Source: the human T2T-CHM13v2.0 reference genome, Homo sapiens
Assembly (NCBI RefSeq): GCF_009914755.1
Contig: NC_060943.1
Length of the DNA: 64,000 nt
Strand: one strand, 5' to 3'
Below the pieces are notes generated by a model, which was given only the letters and a program-made list of their open reading frames with translations, was not told where the DNA came from and ran no database searches. Positions within the stretch are counted from its first letter, which is position 1; each line of letters opens with the position of its first letter. A program made the position numbers and the translations under genes. Shown here piece by piece: positions 19,283 to 49,480 of the stretch.

Positions 19283-20426
19283 TCATATTATCAAAAACAA
19301 CTGCCACTCTGAATGTACCATAAGCCATCTTTCTTTTAGATCTTTTTTATTAGCTCGTGTATCTTTTTCCAGCCTTCTCAGTCCTTATCTTGCCATTGTG
19401 ATAAGTTTCGTCAGGAAAGGTTTATTTATTTATTTACTTATTGGTTGTTTTTTGTTTTTGTTTTTGAGATGGAGTCTTACTCTGTCGCCCAGGCTGGAAT
19501 GCAGTGACGTCATCTTGGCTCACTGCAACCTCCGCCTCCCAGGTTCAAATGATTCTCCTGCTTCAGCCTCCTAAGTAGCTGGGATTACAGGTGCGCACCA
19601 ACAGGCCTGGCTAACTTTTTTGTATTTTTAGTAGAGATGGGGTTTCACCATGTTGGCCAGGCTGGTCTCAAACTCCTGACCTTGTGATCTGCCCACCTCG
19701 GCCTCACAAAGTGCTGGGATTACAGGCTTGAGCCACTGCACCTGGCACCATTGTAATAGATTTCTTTCAGGCTTTCTTCATCCTGTCTTTAAAAAGAGAA
19801 AATTATTGGTTAGTGGTCCTCTCCTTACTTACTTAACATTTCCTTTCCTTCATACCACCTCGGCTTTGTTTTCTGTGCTAAGCTCCCCTTCTCACTACAA
19901 ATTTAGCTATTAATTTTAGAACTCACTTAACACAACCCAGGTTGATAAAGTCAAAGTTGCCATTTTCTTCCATAAAACCTTTGTGGTTCATTTTACATGG
20001 CTTTTCATCATTCCTGCAATCAATCCTTTGTTTAAGTGAAATAACACTAATTCTTATCCTAATTCCTTGAATGCTTATTTACAACTTGGCCTGTTTTCTT
20101 TACCACTGTGGCCATATCACCTGAAAAATGCTTGGCATATAATAGTCATAACAGATTTTATTTTTTTAAATAAATGTTTATTGTTTCACTTAACACTCGG
20201 TCTTATTTCTCTCATATGCCCTCACATGATCTACCTTTCAATTATAATGATTCCATGCATTCTCAGACTGATGCTGTTTATTTTATGTAGATGGCACTGA
20301 CGTCAACATACAAAGCACATTTCTCCTACCTTCACTCCAGTTCATCAGGCGTACTACAGTCTATCATCTCACCTATTTTCTGACAATGTGTCAGAAATGA
20401 AAATCACTGACTTTCTCAGCTCTTAA

Positions 20427-20756
<330 letters not shown>

Positions 20757-20765
20757 TAACTCAAA

Positions 20766-20975
<210 letters not shown>

Positions 20976-22079
20976 TAGTAGAGATGGGGCTTCTCCATGT
21001 TGGTCAGGCTGGTCTTGAACTCCTGACCTCAGGCAATCTGCCCGTGTCAGCCTCCCAAAGTGCTGGGATTACAGGCCTGAGCCACCGTGCCCAATCCCTT
21101 CAAATTTATTTTGTTTCTACTACAAAGTCAACTTGATTTTTCTGTCTCTCTTATCATTTCTTATGGATCTCTTCACAATTTGTAATATGTTTATCAGCTT
21201 GTGAAATATATTGACATCCTCCCATATTCTGATTTCTCACTGATGTCATACAAAATGACAACTATCTTATTTCATGTATTTATTACTGGAATTACCATTT
21301 GTCTTTGTGGTAAATTTTGTCTGGATTCATTCAATGTATATTGTTACTTTCCTCACAAAATATACCATCAGTTTTTCCCTTTTTTTTTATCATTTATTCT
21401 ATGAAATGGAAATTTCTCTTCTTTCAGGAACTGTCACAATAAGCCCTCATCTGGTCTTTTCAACTTTCTCTTGGAGAAAATTCTTGATAATTTCCACTTG
21501 ATCTAGTCTCCTAATTGTTGTTCATGAATGTAGGGTTTGTCATCACATAGATACTTTTCATTGTGTTGTGTTCTCCCTTTATACTATATCTTTTAAGTCT
21601 CAAGATTTCTCTGTGAAATCTTCCTTGATTACTGCACATCATATCTACCTTCCTTTTTTTCTGAATTCCTGTCCTAACTACTGACTATAACACAAACATG
21701 CACAACTCTTGAATAGTCATATAATTTCATTCCTAATTGTTTTTGCTTAAGGATTTTTAAGGATGCTTAAGGATTCTTTCCCTCAAAAATAAGATCCCTT
21801 TTGAATCTTCATTTCTTTGAAGGAATCAAGCATTCTTAAGGATTCTTTTCCTCAAAGATAAGATCCCTTTTGAACCTTCATTACTGTGGTATTATTTAAC
21901 ATGTTAGGTATTCAGTAGTTACTGTGTTAATTGCTTATGGAGCTATGTAAGGGAGATATCTTTTCATCCATTCAGAAAGCATATACTAGCAAGTTCCTTT
22001 TAGATGTACCTACTCATGCTGTGTCCCTACAGATTGTGCTTGAAGTGGTTGCATTCTGCCAGACACCACCTAACTATGA

Positions 22080-22331
<252 letters not shown>

Positions 22332-23604
22332 TGATCTGCCCGCTTCGGCTTGCCAAAGTGCTGGGATTACAGGCATGAGCAACCGTGCCCAGCCCAAAAG
22401 AGTTTAAAGATCACCAATAAAGTATTTATTTCTATGAAGAAGGATCACTATCGAGTCTGCATTTTTCATGAAATATTTATGTCAAAGTGTAAGGTTGTTA
22501 AAAGATTTGTTAACAGAGTTTTCCTAGGCAATAATTATATTGCAAATTTTAAAGAAGTAGAGCTTAAAATGGTAGGGGAAACATATGAAGGGTTTATGAG
22601 ATCATGGAATGGTATGATTTCTTTGAAGATTCTCTAAAGATAAATAGAAATAAACCTGGAAGGCAAGCTAATTAATTAAAAGAATGTGTGCACAAGTGTG
22701 TTATTAGGAATAAGTAAGGTATATATAGGGCAGTAAGTATCAGGCCTGACTGAGGCAAAAACTACCTGTTATAAACAGGTGAGATCTGTCAGGTATGTGG
22801 ACAACCCTGAAAACTTGTGAGAATATAAAAAATGAATCTAGACAATATAGTTTTGTTTACAGGAGAAATTCCTTGTATATGTTAGAATTGAAGTTCTTGG
22901 ACTCAATGAAGAAATAGATTTTTGAGCATAGCTTTAACATTGCTTCATCAGATATAGATGATTGCAAGGTAAGTAAAGTTAGAAATAGCTATACTTTTAT
23001 AAGAGAAATGAAGGTTAAAGTTACTCTGATTTAGGACCAGATTGTTCAATCTACCATTTGAAATTGGTATTCTGATCTACCATATGAAAAACTGGAATAA
23101 AGGAATGTTACTGCATTGGGGAAGGATGTAAGCCAGTCTTAAACCTGGAAAAGTGAGTCAGTAACTGAAAAGAGGACTAGGCATGAGAGCTTTGTTATTG
23201 AACAATTCTGAAAGAAGTGATTTAGCAGCAGTCTGAATATAGCAATTGAATATATTCTGATCTTTTTTAAAGTTGCTATCGGAAGTATTTTCCTAATTTT
23301 CCATTCATAAGAGAAAATAATACATAATTATGTAGAGGATTAGAGCATAGACTGTAGAAAATGAATTGATAATTTAAAAGCTAAATTAATCAATGTTGAC
23401 TACATAGAAAGAGGAGGTGGGTTGAACAGCTGGAAGTGTTTTACCACAGTCATCTAGGGATGTGTGTATAAAAGTATTGGTGATCAGCCGGGCACAGTGG
23501 CTCATACCTGTAATCCCAGCATTTTGGGAGGCCAAGGTGGGCAGATCATGAGGTCAGGAGTTCGAGACCAACCTGGCCAGCATGGTGAAACCCCGTCTCT
23601 ACTA

Positions 23605-23825
<221 letters not shown>

Positions 23826-24215
23826 CTAGTATTTTCGCTAAACAAAGATTTCTGCTAATTTTTCTTGTCCATCCTACTTACATTTTAATGCTTTTGATAG
23901 GTTCACTTCATTTTTTCTGAACACTTATCTAACCATCAACCCCCTTCTACCATTCTTTGACTTCTTGGTTGGTTTCACTTTCTCTAAGAAGTTTTAGTGC
24001 AAAATGCAAAAGGTATTAATGTTTATTGTTTACATCTTCATCCTTTTCCACTCTGAAGCAGTTTTTGTTTAGGTTCCCCTCCCCGCACCCCTGCCAGGCC
24101 AGTGGTCATTTGTTCTGAGTCTCTTTTTGCGCCATGTGCTAGACCCTAGTAAAATTTCTTTGCATAGGAAATGTGTGAAGATTCACAAATTGTTATCAAT
24201 TATATTCTTTTCTAG

Positions 24216-25936
24216 AAGAAAACTGGAAAGCTGAAGACTTTTTAGTGAAATTCAAGGAACACCAAGAGAAGTATTCTAGATCAGTTGTAAGCATCAACCA
24301 CAAAAAACTGGTGAAGGAGAAGAGTAAAATATATGAAAAGACATTTACTCTAGGCAAAAACCCTGTGAATTCAAAAAATCTACCTCCTGAATATGATACT
24401 CATGGAAGGATTTTGAAAAATGTTTCAGAATTAATCATCAGTAATCTAAATCCTGCAAGAAAGAGACTTAGTGAGTATAATGGATATGGGAAATCACTCC
24501 TGAGTACTAAACAAGAGACTACTCATCCTGAAGTCAAATCCCATAATCAAAGTGCCAGAGCTTTCAGTCATAATGAAGTTCTTATGCAGTATCAGAAAAC
24601 GGAAACTCCAGCACAGTCATTTGGATATAATGACTGTGAGAAATCATTCCTTCAAAGGGGAGGCCTGATTACACATAGTAGACCTTACAAAGGAGAAAAC
24701 CCATCTGTATATAATAAAAAAAGAAGAGCAACCAATATTGAAAAAAAACATACATGCAATGAATGTGGGAAATCTTTCTGCAGGAAATCAGTATTGATTC
24801 TGCATCAGGGAATTCACTCAGAAGAAAAACCCTATCAATGTCATCAATGTGGAAATGCATTTAGAAGGAAATCATATCTCATTGATCATCAGAGAACTCA
24901 CACAGGAGAGAAACCCTTTGTTTGCAATGAATGTGGTAAGTCCTTCCGCCTCAAGACAGCCCTCACTGATCATCAGAGAACACACACAGGGGAGAAATCG
25001 TATGAATGTCTGCAATGTAGGAATGCCTTCAGATTGAAGTCACACCTCATTCGTCATCAGAGAACTCACACGGGAGAGAAACCATATGAGTGTAATGACT
25101 GTGGGAAGTCCTTCCGCCAGAAGACAACACTCTCTCTACATCAGAGAATCCATACAGGTGAGAAACCCTATATTTGTAAAGAATGTGGGAAGTCCTTTCA
25201 CCAGAAGGCAAATCTTACTGTACATCAGAGAACTCATACAGGGGAAAAGCCCTATATTTGTAATGAATGTGGGAAATCCTTCTCCCAGAAGACAACCCTT
25301 GCTCTTCATGAGAAAACTCATAATGAGGAGAAACCCTATATTTGTAGTGAATGTGGAAAGTCCTTCCGCCAGAAGACAACCCTTGTAGCACATCAGAGAA
25401 CACATACAGGGGAGAAATCTTATGAATGTCCTCACTGTGGGAAGGCCTTTAGAATGAAGTCATACCTCATTGATCATCACCGAACTCACACAGGAGAGAA
25501 ACCATATGAATGTAATGAATGTGGTAAATCATTCAGTCAAAAGACAAATCTCAATCTACATCAGAGAATTCATACAGGGGAGAAACCCTATGTTTGTAAT
25601 GAATGTGGGAAGTCCTTTCGCCAGAAAGCAACCCTCACTGTACATCAGAAAATACATACCGGCCAGAAATCCTATGAATGTCCTCAGTGTGGGAAAGCCT
25701 TTAGCAGGAAGTCATATCTCATTCATCATCAAAGAACTCATACGGGAGAGAAACCATATAAATGTAGTGAATGTGGAAAGTGCTTCCGCCAGAAGACAAA
25801 TCTTATTGTACATCAGAGAACTCACACAGGTGAGAAACCCTATGTTTGTAATGAGTGTGGTAAGTCTTTCAGTTATAAGAGAAACCTCATTGTCCATCAA
25901 AGAACTCACAAGGGAGAAAACATTGAAATGCAATAA
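24216..25936 (+). CDS. ZNF567: Terminal coding exon: spacer, one degenerate finger and 14 C2H2 zinc fingers
   Basis: ttttctag| acceptor, phase 1; 14 CxxC-12-HxxxH repeats with TGEKP-type linkers (24734-25909). The four exons total 1944 nt = 647 aa plus stop. Gene name is from recognition of the protein sequence. Confidence 0.95.
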
Positions 25937-26294
25937 ATGATGTGGTTTCTTATATGAATTCTTTACAAGCTGTTGTAAACATTTAGTTTTAAAAAGAAAA
26001 GCATGCTGAAACATGTTAATGTAATTTTAAATCACAAGTCTAATAATTATTAAAGTACCATACGGAATAACTGTCTACTGTTTACTAGCATATAAAATAA
26101 GTATGATCATTATTATTGAACTCTATCAGCTATGAAGCTAAATTTTAAAGTCAACTGCTCTTCCTACTGACTCAAATAGTTTATTTTTTAAAAATACTTA
26201 TATAATACATGCAGAGACAAGATACACAATGATTATAAGTATTAATCTCCATAAGAGAAAATATTTATGAACTATATTTCTCATTGCACTCTGT

Positions 26295-26300
26295 AATAAA
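26295..26300 (+). terminator. Candidate polyadenylation signal of ZNF567
   Basis: AATAAA about 360 nt after the stop, followed by U/GU-rich sequence. Other AATAAA hexamers occur at 25932 (overlapping the stop) and about 26573. Confidence 0.4.
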
Positions 26301-26827
26301 AAGCAGTTAGTTGTTACTTACCTAAGAGTTACCACTTCCGTAGCCTATAACATCAAAACGTAGTTTTTGCATGTTTTCAATTTTATAAATATATATTTTA
26401 TCAGACATCATGAATTATTTTGTGTCTTGCTTATTTCACTCAATTTTTTAAGATCTGTACATTATTGCATGTGGCAGTAGTGTATTTTCATTTTGCATAC
26501 TATTCCATTTTAAGAATATATTGCTGTTTATCCTATTGATGGATATTTGTATTTTTTATACTTTTGTGTAATAATAAAAATACTGCTGTAAATATTCTTG
26601 TTTATATCATGTGTGTGTTTGCGTGTATGTATTTCTGTTGAATTTATACCTGGGACTGGACTTATTCATTCCAAGAGTATATATGAGGTTTTTTTGGTCA
26701 TTCAGACTGGAGAATTTCTACTAAAAAGAAACCTTGCGGCTTTATAATTGTGAGAAGGCTATTAATAAATCATGGACATGTGAATGCAGTATATATAGAA
26801 GGCCTTTAGCTGTCTCTCAATGCTTAA

Positions 26828-27316
<489 letters not shown>

Positions 27317-27568
27317 TAAGCCTTTTCTACCATAATCTATAAGAAATGTAAGTCTCTGAAAATCCCAAATAAGTGACTAGAGAGATTTTGATGTTTGAGA
27401 ATTGGAAATCTGCGAAGACAGTGACTTCCACGGTATCCTTTTGGCGAGGAGAGTAAGCTCAGTGGCAACTTGAACAGCATTATTGCAGGTCCTTCTTGGG
27501 AAGGATTACTTATAACCAGTATTTACTATGTATATGAAGTCATTGTAATAAAATTCAGTAGAAATTGA

Positions 27569-27805
<237 letters not shown>

Positions 27806-29223
27806 TGATCCATCCGCCTCAGCCTCCCAAAGTGCTGGGATTACAGGCGTGAGCCACCGTGCCCAGCCTGAAAATTGTTTTTTAAAAGATTTAGAACTGT
27901 AAACCATATCTGCATAAACAGAAAGATGGTTCAGGGTTCAAATATTTGACATTAAATATATTAAACAGACCCTCTGGCCTGTTAGAAAGGGACAGCCATT
28001 GCCAATCAGTAGTAAATGGAACCATTCTTGTCAATCCTTATTTTTCTGATAATTTCATAGCAAAAAATGAACAGGGCAATGAGACAAAAGCATAAAAATT
28101 TAGACTTGATAGTAGCACACAGAAAACACACGTGTGTGTATGTGTGTATATATGTAAAATGCCTTGTCTATAATGACTAGACATGTCATTAAATTTAGCC
28201 TTAATAATTTATATATGCATAAAGATTTTTTAAAGTATACATTTTTAAAGAATATAAAGAATTATTAATAGGTTTAATAAACCTATTAAAGTAACTAAAA
28301 CAGGTAATTATAGGACTTATAATCAGAACTGTGAGAACCCAAGGATTTTGTCATTGTGAATTTATAGGGGAGTTATATACTAGTATATGCTAACAGTGGT
28401 GACTAACAGAAGAATTGTACTCATGACCAAAGATGGAAGCCTACCTTGTTTTTCTAGGTGGAGAGGATGGCCTAACTGGATGTTTATCCTAGCGTCAACC
28501 CACCAAAGATTTGGGGAACATGTGAGTCACATTCTCTGGGACATTCTACTCCCCTTTGATTTTGCATTTCCAGACATTTCAGTGGCTACCACAAAAAATA
28601 AAAAGTATCTGTGGCATCACTGCATGTGCTGCCCTGTCTCCTGATTTACTGATTATCATGAAATAGCCATGTACTGTTTCAGTAGAACATTGTATCCAAT
28701 GTCCACTTTATTTTCAAACATACTACATATATTCATGTTTTATAGCTCTTGAATATGAAGAACTAGAAAGTATGAGATATTAACGGGCAGTTTTATAAAT
28801 GGCCAAACTTTGAAACTTTTGAGGCTGGGCGTGGTGTCTCACACCTGTAATCCCAGCACTTTGGGAGGCCAAGGTGGGCAGATCACCTAAGGCCAGGAGT
28901 TTGAGACCAGCCTGGCCAAGAGTGAAACCCCCTCTCTACTAAAAATACAAAAATTAGCCAGGTGTGGTGGCGCATTCCTGTAATCCCAGCTACTCGGGGG
29001 CCTAAGGCAGGAGAATCACTTGAACCCAGTAGGTGGAGGTTGCAGTGAGCCAAGATGATGCCATTGCACGCCTGCCTGGCCAAGAGAGTGAGACTGTGTC
29101 TCAAAAAGAAAATATAATCATGAATATAATCATTATTATTTGTATAATAATTATTGGGCATCTTTCCATAATCATGCTCATAACTTTCAGTTTTAACATG
29201 TTCTTTGTATGAAAAACTGATGA

Positions 29224-30180
<957 letters not shown>

Positions 30181-30497
30181 TCAAAAAATTTTTTGAATTA
30201 AAACCTTTTTTGTGGGTGTCAAGTATCTCATTGAGATTTTGATTTGTGTTTCTGTAATGATTAATGTAGGTTTCTTTCATTCTTGAACATAGTTTGCTGA
30301 AAATAGGATTTGGGATTGAGAGTTGTTCCTTTCAGCACTTGAAAAATGTCACTTCTTTCTGGTCTTCATGGTTTCTCATAAGAAATCTGCTATTTTAATT
30401 TTTTTCCTCTAAAAATATGGTATTTCTGTCTTACTACTTTCAAGATTTTTATTTTTTGTCTTTAGTTTAATTTTATTTAATTTTATTTTATTTTTGA

Positions 30498-30785
<288 letters not shown>

Positions 30786-30924
30786 TAATTTTCGCAAGTT
30801 GGGTACAATGTGTTACGGTGTTACGTTTTGGGGATGGGAAGAAAGTTATCTTGTTTAAATTCACTCAGCTTCTTGAATCTGTCTTTTGCCAAATTTGGTG
30901 AGTTCTTAGCAATTACTACTTTAA

Positions 30925-31140
<216 letters not shown>

Positions 31141-32233
31141 TAAGTACTTTTTCAGCCCTGTCTTCTTTTTCCTCTCCTTCCAGGATTTCAAGGGCATGAA
31201 TGTTAATCTTGTGTTACATTCTCACAGTTCTTCATTCTTTTCATGTTATTTCAGTGTACTATCTCTCTCTTGTTCAGATTGGGTAGTTCCTATTGTTCTG
31301 TACTGCAGTTCACTGATTGCTCTGTCTCCTCTGTTTCCACTCTTTGTCCCTCCATTTGAGTTTATTTTAGTTATATTTTCAATTCTATACTATTTGGTTA
31401 TTTTGTATGTCTTCTAATTTCTTGTCTGGACTAATTCTTTGTTGAGATATTGTATCTCATTTGTTTCAAGTGTGTGATTGTTCAGGCATTTTTATGATGT
31501 CTGCTTCATGTATTTATCATATAATTCTGACATCATTGTCATTTTCATGCTCGTCTTTTTTCATTTGAGATTTTCCTGGTTACAATTATTGAATTTCCAT
31601 TGAAATGTGCAATTTTATCTATTATGAGATTGTAGATCTTATTTAAACCTGTTTTAGCTGGCTTTTTGATACCACCCTGGCATGGGGAGGGCAACTGTGC
31701 CATTTTGCTGTGCCACATAGGGGGTGAGAATCCAGATTTCCCACTCACCTTCTACTGACACCTGGGTGGAAGTGCTCCTCCTCACGGTTAGGTGTGACTG
31801 AGGAGTTCTGGCTCCCTATTAGTCACCTTTTTATACCTCTCTTATACCCCAGTAAGAGAGACAGCGGTGCCTTGTTAATGATTTCCATTTGCCTTCCATA
31901 TACACCACAGAGGCAGGGCTGGCCCTGTTAGGCGGGATAGTAGTGAAGATCCTGACTTTACTATGCCTACTCCGACACTGGCCCAGCAGGTAGTTTAACA
32001 AGTATCTTTTTACTGCTGCATATGGGAATGGAAATCCAGATTCCCCAAATGACTCCAGGGGCCCTACGTAATTCCATCTGCAGTTATAGTCCTGGCTCCC
32101 TTCACAGTCTTCCTGAAACCATCCTGGCAGGGAGGTCAGAGTATCTTGTTACAGTCTACTGAGAGTAGAAGTCTAGGTTCCCTACTCAGCCTTTGCAAGG
32201 TGCATGAGTGGAGTGGCATCAGGTGTTTTGAGT

Positions 32234-32570
<337 letters not shown>

Positions 32571-32576
32571 TAGTAG

Positions 32577-32906
<330 letters not shown>

Positions 32907-33017
32907 TAGCCAGGATGGTCTCGATCTCCTGACCTCATGATCCGCCTGCCTTGGCCTCCCAAAGTACTGGGATTACAGGTGTGAACCACCGCGCCCGGCC
33001 TTGCAATTCTTATCTAG

Positions 33018-33311
<294 letters not shown>

Positions 33312-33945
33312 TGACCTGCCCGCCTCGGCCTCCCAAAGTACTGGGTATACAGGCATGAGCCACCGCTCCTGGCCTGTTTTGTTTGTTTGTTTGTTTGTTT
33401 TTTGTTTTTTTCTTTGGGCCAATAATAGATAAACCAATGCCATGTGCCTCCTAATGACATGCACTGAGAAGGATACATCATTGCTGTAATGGTATTTCTG
33501 TTTAAAATGTATAACCTGTATCTAAAATGAGGAAACATCAGATAAATCCAAATTGAGGTTATTGAGAACAATGATTCTAATTAAATAGTATGAAATAGAG
33601 AAAACGTAAGTAAATACTCTATATTCCTGAATTTTAATTGGTGGGAGTATCACTTTGACCAGTCCAGCAGCAATACACATCACTAGCACATACATTATGG
33701 TATTTATGGACCATTTCCTGCTAAAAGAAACCAGGATTTCTTGGGAGAAGTGGCTGATTCCAAGTATGGGCAGAAAATTTTTAATGAGCCTGCAGTATTT
33801 TCTCATACCAGATAATAACAAAGCTAATTTAAAAAATCAGTAGATTAATGACAAAGCACTGCCAACTTGGAAAGGTTTCCAATGACCAAGGATAGGACAA
33901 ATCAAGCTTAAATATAAAAATAATTTATATTTGAAACACACCAAA

Positions 33946-34319
33946 TACATTTATAGTTGAATAAATACAAATTTACATTTATAGTTGAATAAATATAAAT
34001 TTACATTTATAGTTGAATAAATATAAATTTACATTTATAGTTGCATAAATATAAATCTACATTTATAGTTGAATAAATATAAATCTACATTTATAGTTGA
34101 ATAAATATAAATCTACATTTATAGTTGAATAAATATAAATCTACATTTATAGTTGAATAAATATAAATCTACATTTATAGTTGAATAAATATAAATCTAC
34201 ATTTATAGTTGAATAAATATAAATCTACATTTATAGTTGAATAAATATAAATCTACATTTATAGTTGAATAAATATAAATTTACATTTATAGTTGAATAA
34301 ATATAAATTTACATTTATA
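33946..34319. repeat. 28-bp AT-rich minisatellite, 13 full units plus a partial
   Basis: Unit TACATTTATAGTTGAATAAATATAAATY starts at 33946, 33974, 34002 ... 34310. Confidence 0.97.
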
Positions 34320-34837
34320 TTTATAAAAATTTATATTTGAAACACCAAATACATTTAAATTCCCAAATTTATAGCAATACCAAAGAATCAGTGATCACAG
34401 AACAATAAGGAGCAAAGTTATTATCTTAAAAACTGGTATCTAAAAGGAAAAAATATATCTTGGTTATCCTATGTGAACAATACCAGTGGGGGGTATCCAA
34501 GTAGCATCAGTGGGCAGCTTCTCTTTGTGAAGTATTCCAGCTAATGTATTTCAAAATTTTTTCTTCTGGAAATAATGTATTTGTGTCATACTTGGTCTCC
34601 AAACCTGAAAAAAGCAAGAAAACAGATGTTTTCCTGTACCAGGAAAAAAACCCAAAACCTTGGAGATAAGTGATGAATTGAAAATAAGGTACACTAGAAA
34701 TATATTTCAATAATGTTTTTACACAACTTGAAGGAGGCAAAGAGAGTTTAGAGAATAATGAAAGAGGATGTGGTGAGGGTGGTGATAAAGCAAATAGGTT
34801 GTCATCAGCTCTAAGATTTAAGTGTTCGAAGACTACT

Positions 34838-44534
<9,697 letters not shown>

Positions 44535-44567
44535 TCACCTGAGGTCAGGAGTTTGAGACCAGCTTTA

Positions 44568-44952
<385 letters not shown>

Positions 44953-45082
44953 TCAATTTCAAAAATAAAATATTTGTGAAAAAAAAGAACATGATAAGGC
45001 CAGGTGTGGTGGCTCACTCACGCCTGTAATCCCAGCACTTTAGGAGACTGAGGCAGGTGGATCACTTGAGCTCAGGAGTTCA

Positions 45083-45505
<423 letters not shown>

Positions 45506-45516
45506 TCAGGATATCA

Positions 45517-45774
<258 letters not shown>

Positions 45775-45831
45775 CTAGTGGAACTAAATCTAACCATACT
45801 GATACTTACTTGAGACGTTAATAATCTAAAC

Positions 45832-46049
45832 CAGGGATCAGAAAACTTTATCAATAAAGGGCCAGAGTGTAAATACAAGTTTTCTGGACCCACAGAGTCT
45901 CTGTCAAATCATTCAACCCCTTAGTTGTAGCAGAAAAGCAATTTAAAACATGTAAACAAATGAGCATTTGTTGTATTCCAACAAAGCTTTATATATAAAA
46001 CAGGTGACAGGCTGGATTTATCCTGGGAACCATAGTTTGCCATTCCCTG
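45832..46049. mobile_element. MER58A-like hAT/Charlie MITE
   Basis: CAGGG...CCCTG termini; 8-bp TSD ATCTAAAC/ACCTAAAC. Related fragments at about 12555-12640 and 14380-14620. Confidence 0.75.
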
Positions 46050-46140
46050 ACCTAAACACTCCAACTAAAGACAGAGATTGTCAGATTGTATAAAAATGTA
46101 AGAACACAGCCAGGCCTCATGGCACGTGCCTGTAGTGCTA

Positions 46141-46302
<162 letters not shown>

Positions 46303-46962
46303 CTACAAGACACCCACTTTAAATTTAAACACCTAGATAGTTTAAAAGTAAAAAAAATGATGGGAAGAGCTATACCATGCAACCACCAATCATGGCTATA
46401 TTAATATCAGACAAAGTAGACTTCAGAATAAGGACTGTTACAAGGAACAAAGAGGGAATTTTATAATGATAAATGGGAAAAACAATCCTGAATGTGTAAG
46501 TACATGATAACAGAGCTCCAAAATGCACAGATTAAAAACAGATAAAACTGAAAAAGATATAGAGAAATACACAATTATAGTTAGATATTTCAACACTCCC
46601 CTATCACTGATAGAACAAGTAGACACAAAACTAATTTTAAAAGGAGAAATATTCTGTGATTCCACTTTTGTGAGGTACTTAGAACATTCACATTTATACA
46701 TACAGGAAATAGAACAGTAGTCACCAGAGGTTAGGAGATTGGGGAAATGGGAAGTGTTGTTAGAAAGGCTTACAGTTTCACTTTTACAAAATGAAAAGGG
46801 TTCTGGAGATGGACGTTGGTTGTACATTATGAATGTACTTAGTACTGACTGTACACTTAAAAATAGTTAAGATGGTTAATTTTATATGTATTTTACAATA
46901 AAAATTTTGAACAAAATATTAATTGGTTTTTTGAGAAGATCAATAAAATTGATAAACCTCTA

Positions 46963-47333
<371 letters not shown>

Positions 47334-47477
47334 CTACAGTTATAAAAAGCAGATCTGGCTGGGCGTGGCAGCTCACGCTTGTAATCCCAGCACTTTCAGA
47401 GGCCGAAGCAGGCAGATCACCGGAGGTTGGGAGTTCCAGACCAGCCTGACCAACATGGAGAAAACCCATCTCTGTTA

Positions 47478-47636
<159 letters not shown>

Positions 47637-47957
47637 TCAAAAAAAAAAAAAAAAAGAAGCAGATCTGCAGTTGAAGCAAGCTGTGAATAAGCAGGGAGGG
47701 AAGGACCGACTGCAAAGGGACATGAGGGGACTTTTTGGGATGATGGAAACATCCTCTATGATTGTGATGGTAGCTAAACAAATACCGATATCAACATTAA
47801 TCAAGTTGTTCATTTCAAAGTATGAATTGTAATCTATGTAAATTATACCTCAACCAACTTAACAAAAATATAACAAGTCTTGAGGTCTTGTCTTTGAATA
47901 GTGGAAGATACAATCTCTGGCTAAATATAGGCCCAAGTGGTTTTATTTATAGCTTGA

Positions 47958-48688
<731 letters not shown>

Positions 48689-48783
48689 CTAGTTAGTGCT
48701 GTAGACATTCATATTACACATATGATCCAAGCTACAAGTATAAATTAAGAAATAAGGCATATAGAAAGGAATAGGCAAATACT

Positions 48784-48789
48784 TTTATT
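48784..48789 (-). terminator. Candidate distal poly(A) signal of ZNF850
   Basis: AATAAA on the minus strand followed by U-rich sequence; would give a 3'UTR of about 4.3 kb. Confidence 0.35.
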
Positions 48790-49181
48790 TACAAATAATA
48801 CCAACATCTCTTTAGACAATTCAATCTCATGAAGAAACCATTTCATCTACTAAAGTAGTTCATCAATGTTACAATCCTTAGACAAAAACCAACAGTTTAG
48901 TACATAGTAATAGTAATCAATTACACAACAGAAAAAATATCCCAATCATATTATAAACAAAAGCCATTAAGTATCTAGAAATAAGTAAAACAAGAAATGT
49001 GTACACTTTTATGCTAAAAATATAAAGACTTACTAAAGCACATAAAAGAATACCTACTGAAATAAAGACACACCAGGTACAAGAGAAAAACTCAATGTCG
49101 TAAAGATGTCAATAATGATTCTTTTCTTTCTAATACTATGGCAGAGGAGAAATATTGAAACTCCTCTATTAAAAGGATTTA

Positions 49182-49480
<299 letters not shown>

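Noticed and set aside
24669-26014. Alternative-frame and antisense ORFs over the ZNF567 fingers (also 53046-55880 over ZNF850)
   Set aside because: Shadows of the 84-bp periodic codon pattern of C2H2 arrays.
33946-34319. CRISPR-like array
   Set aside because: The repeats are contiguous with no unique spacers, and the context is primate DNA.
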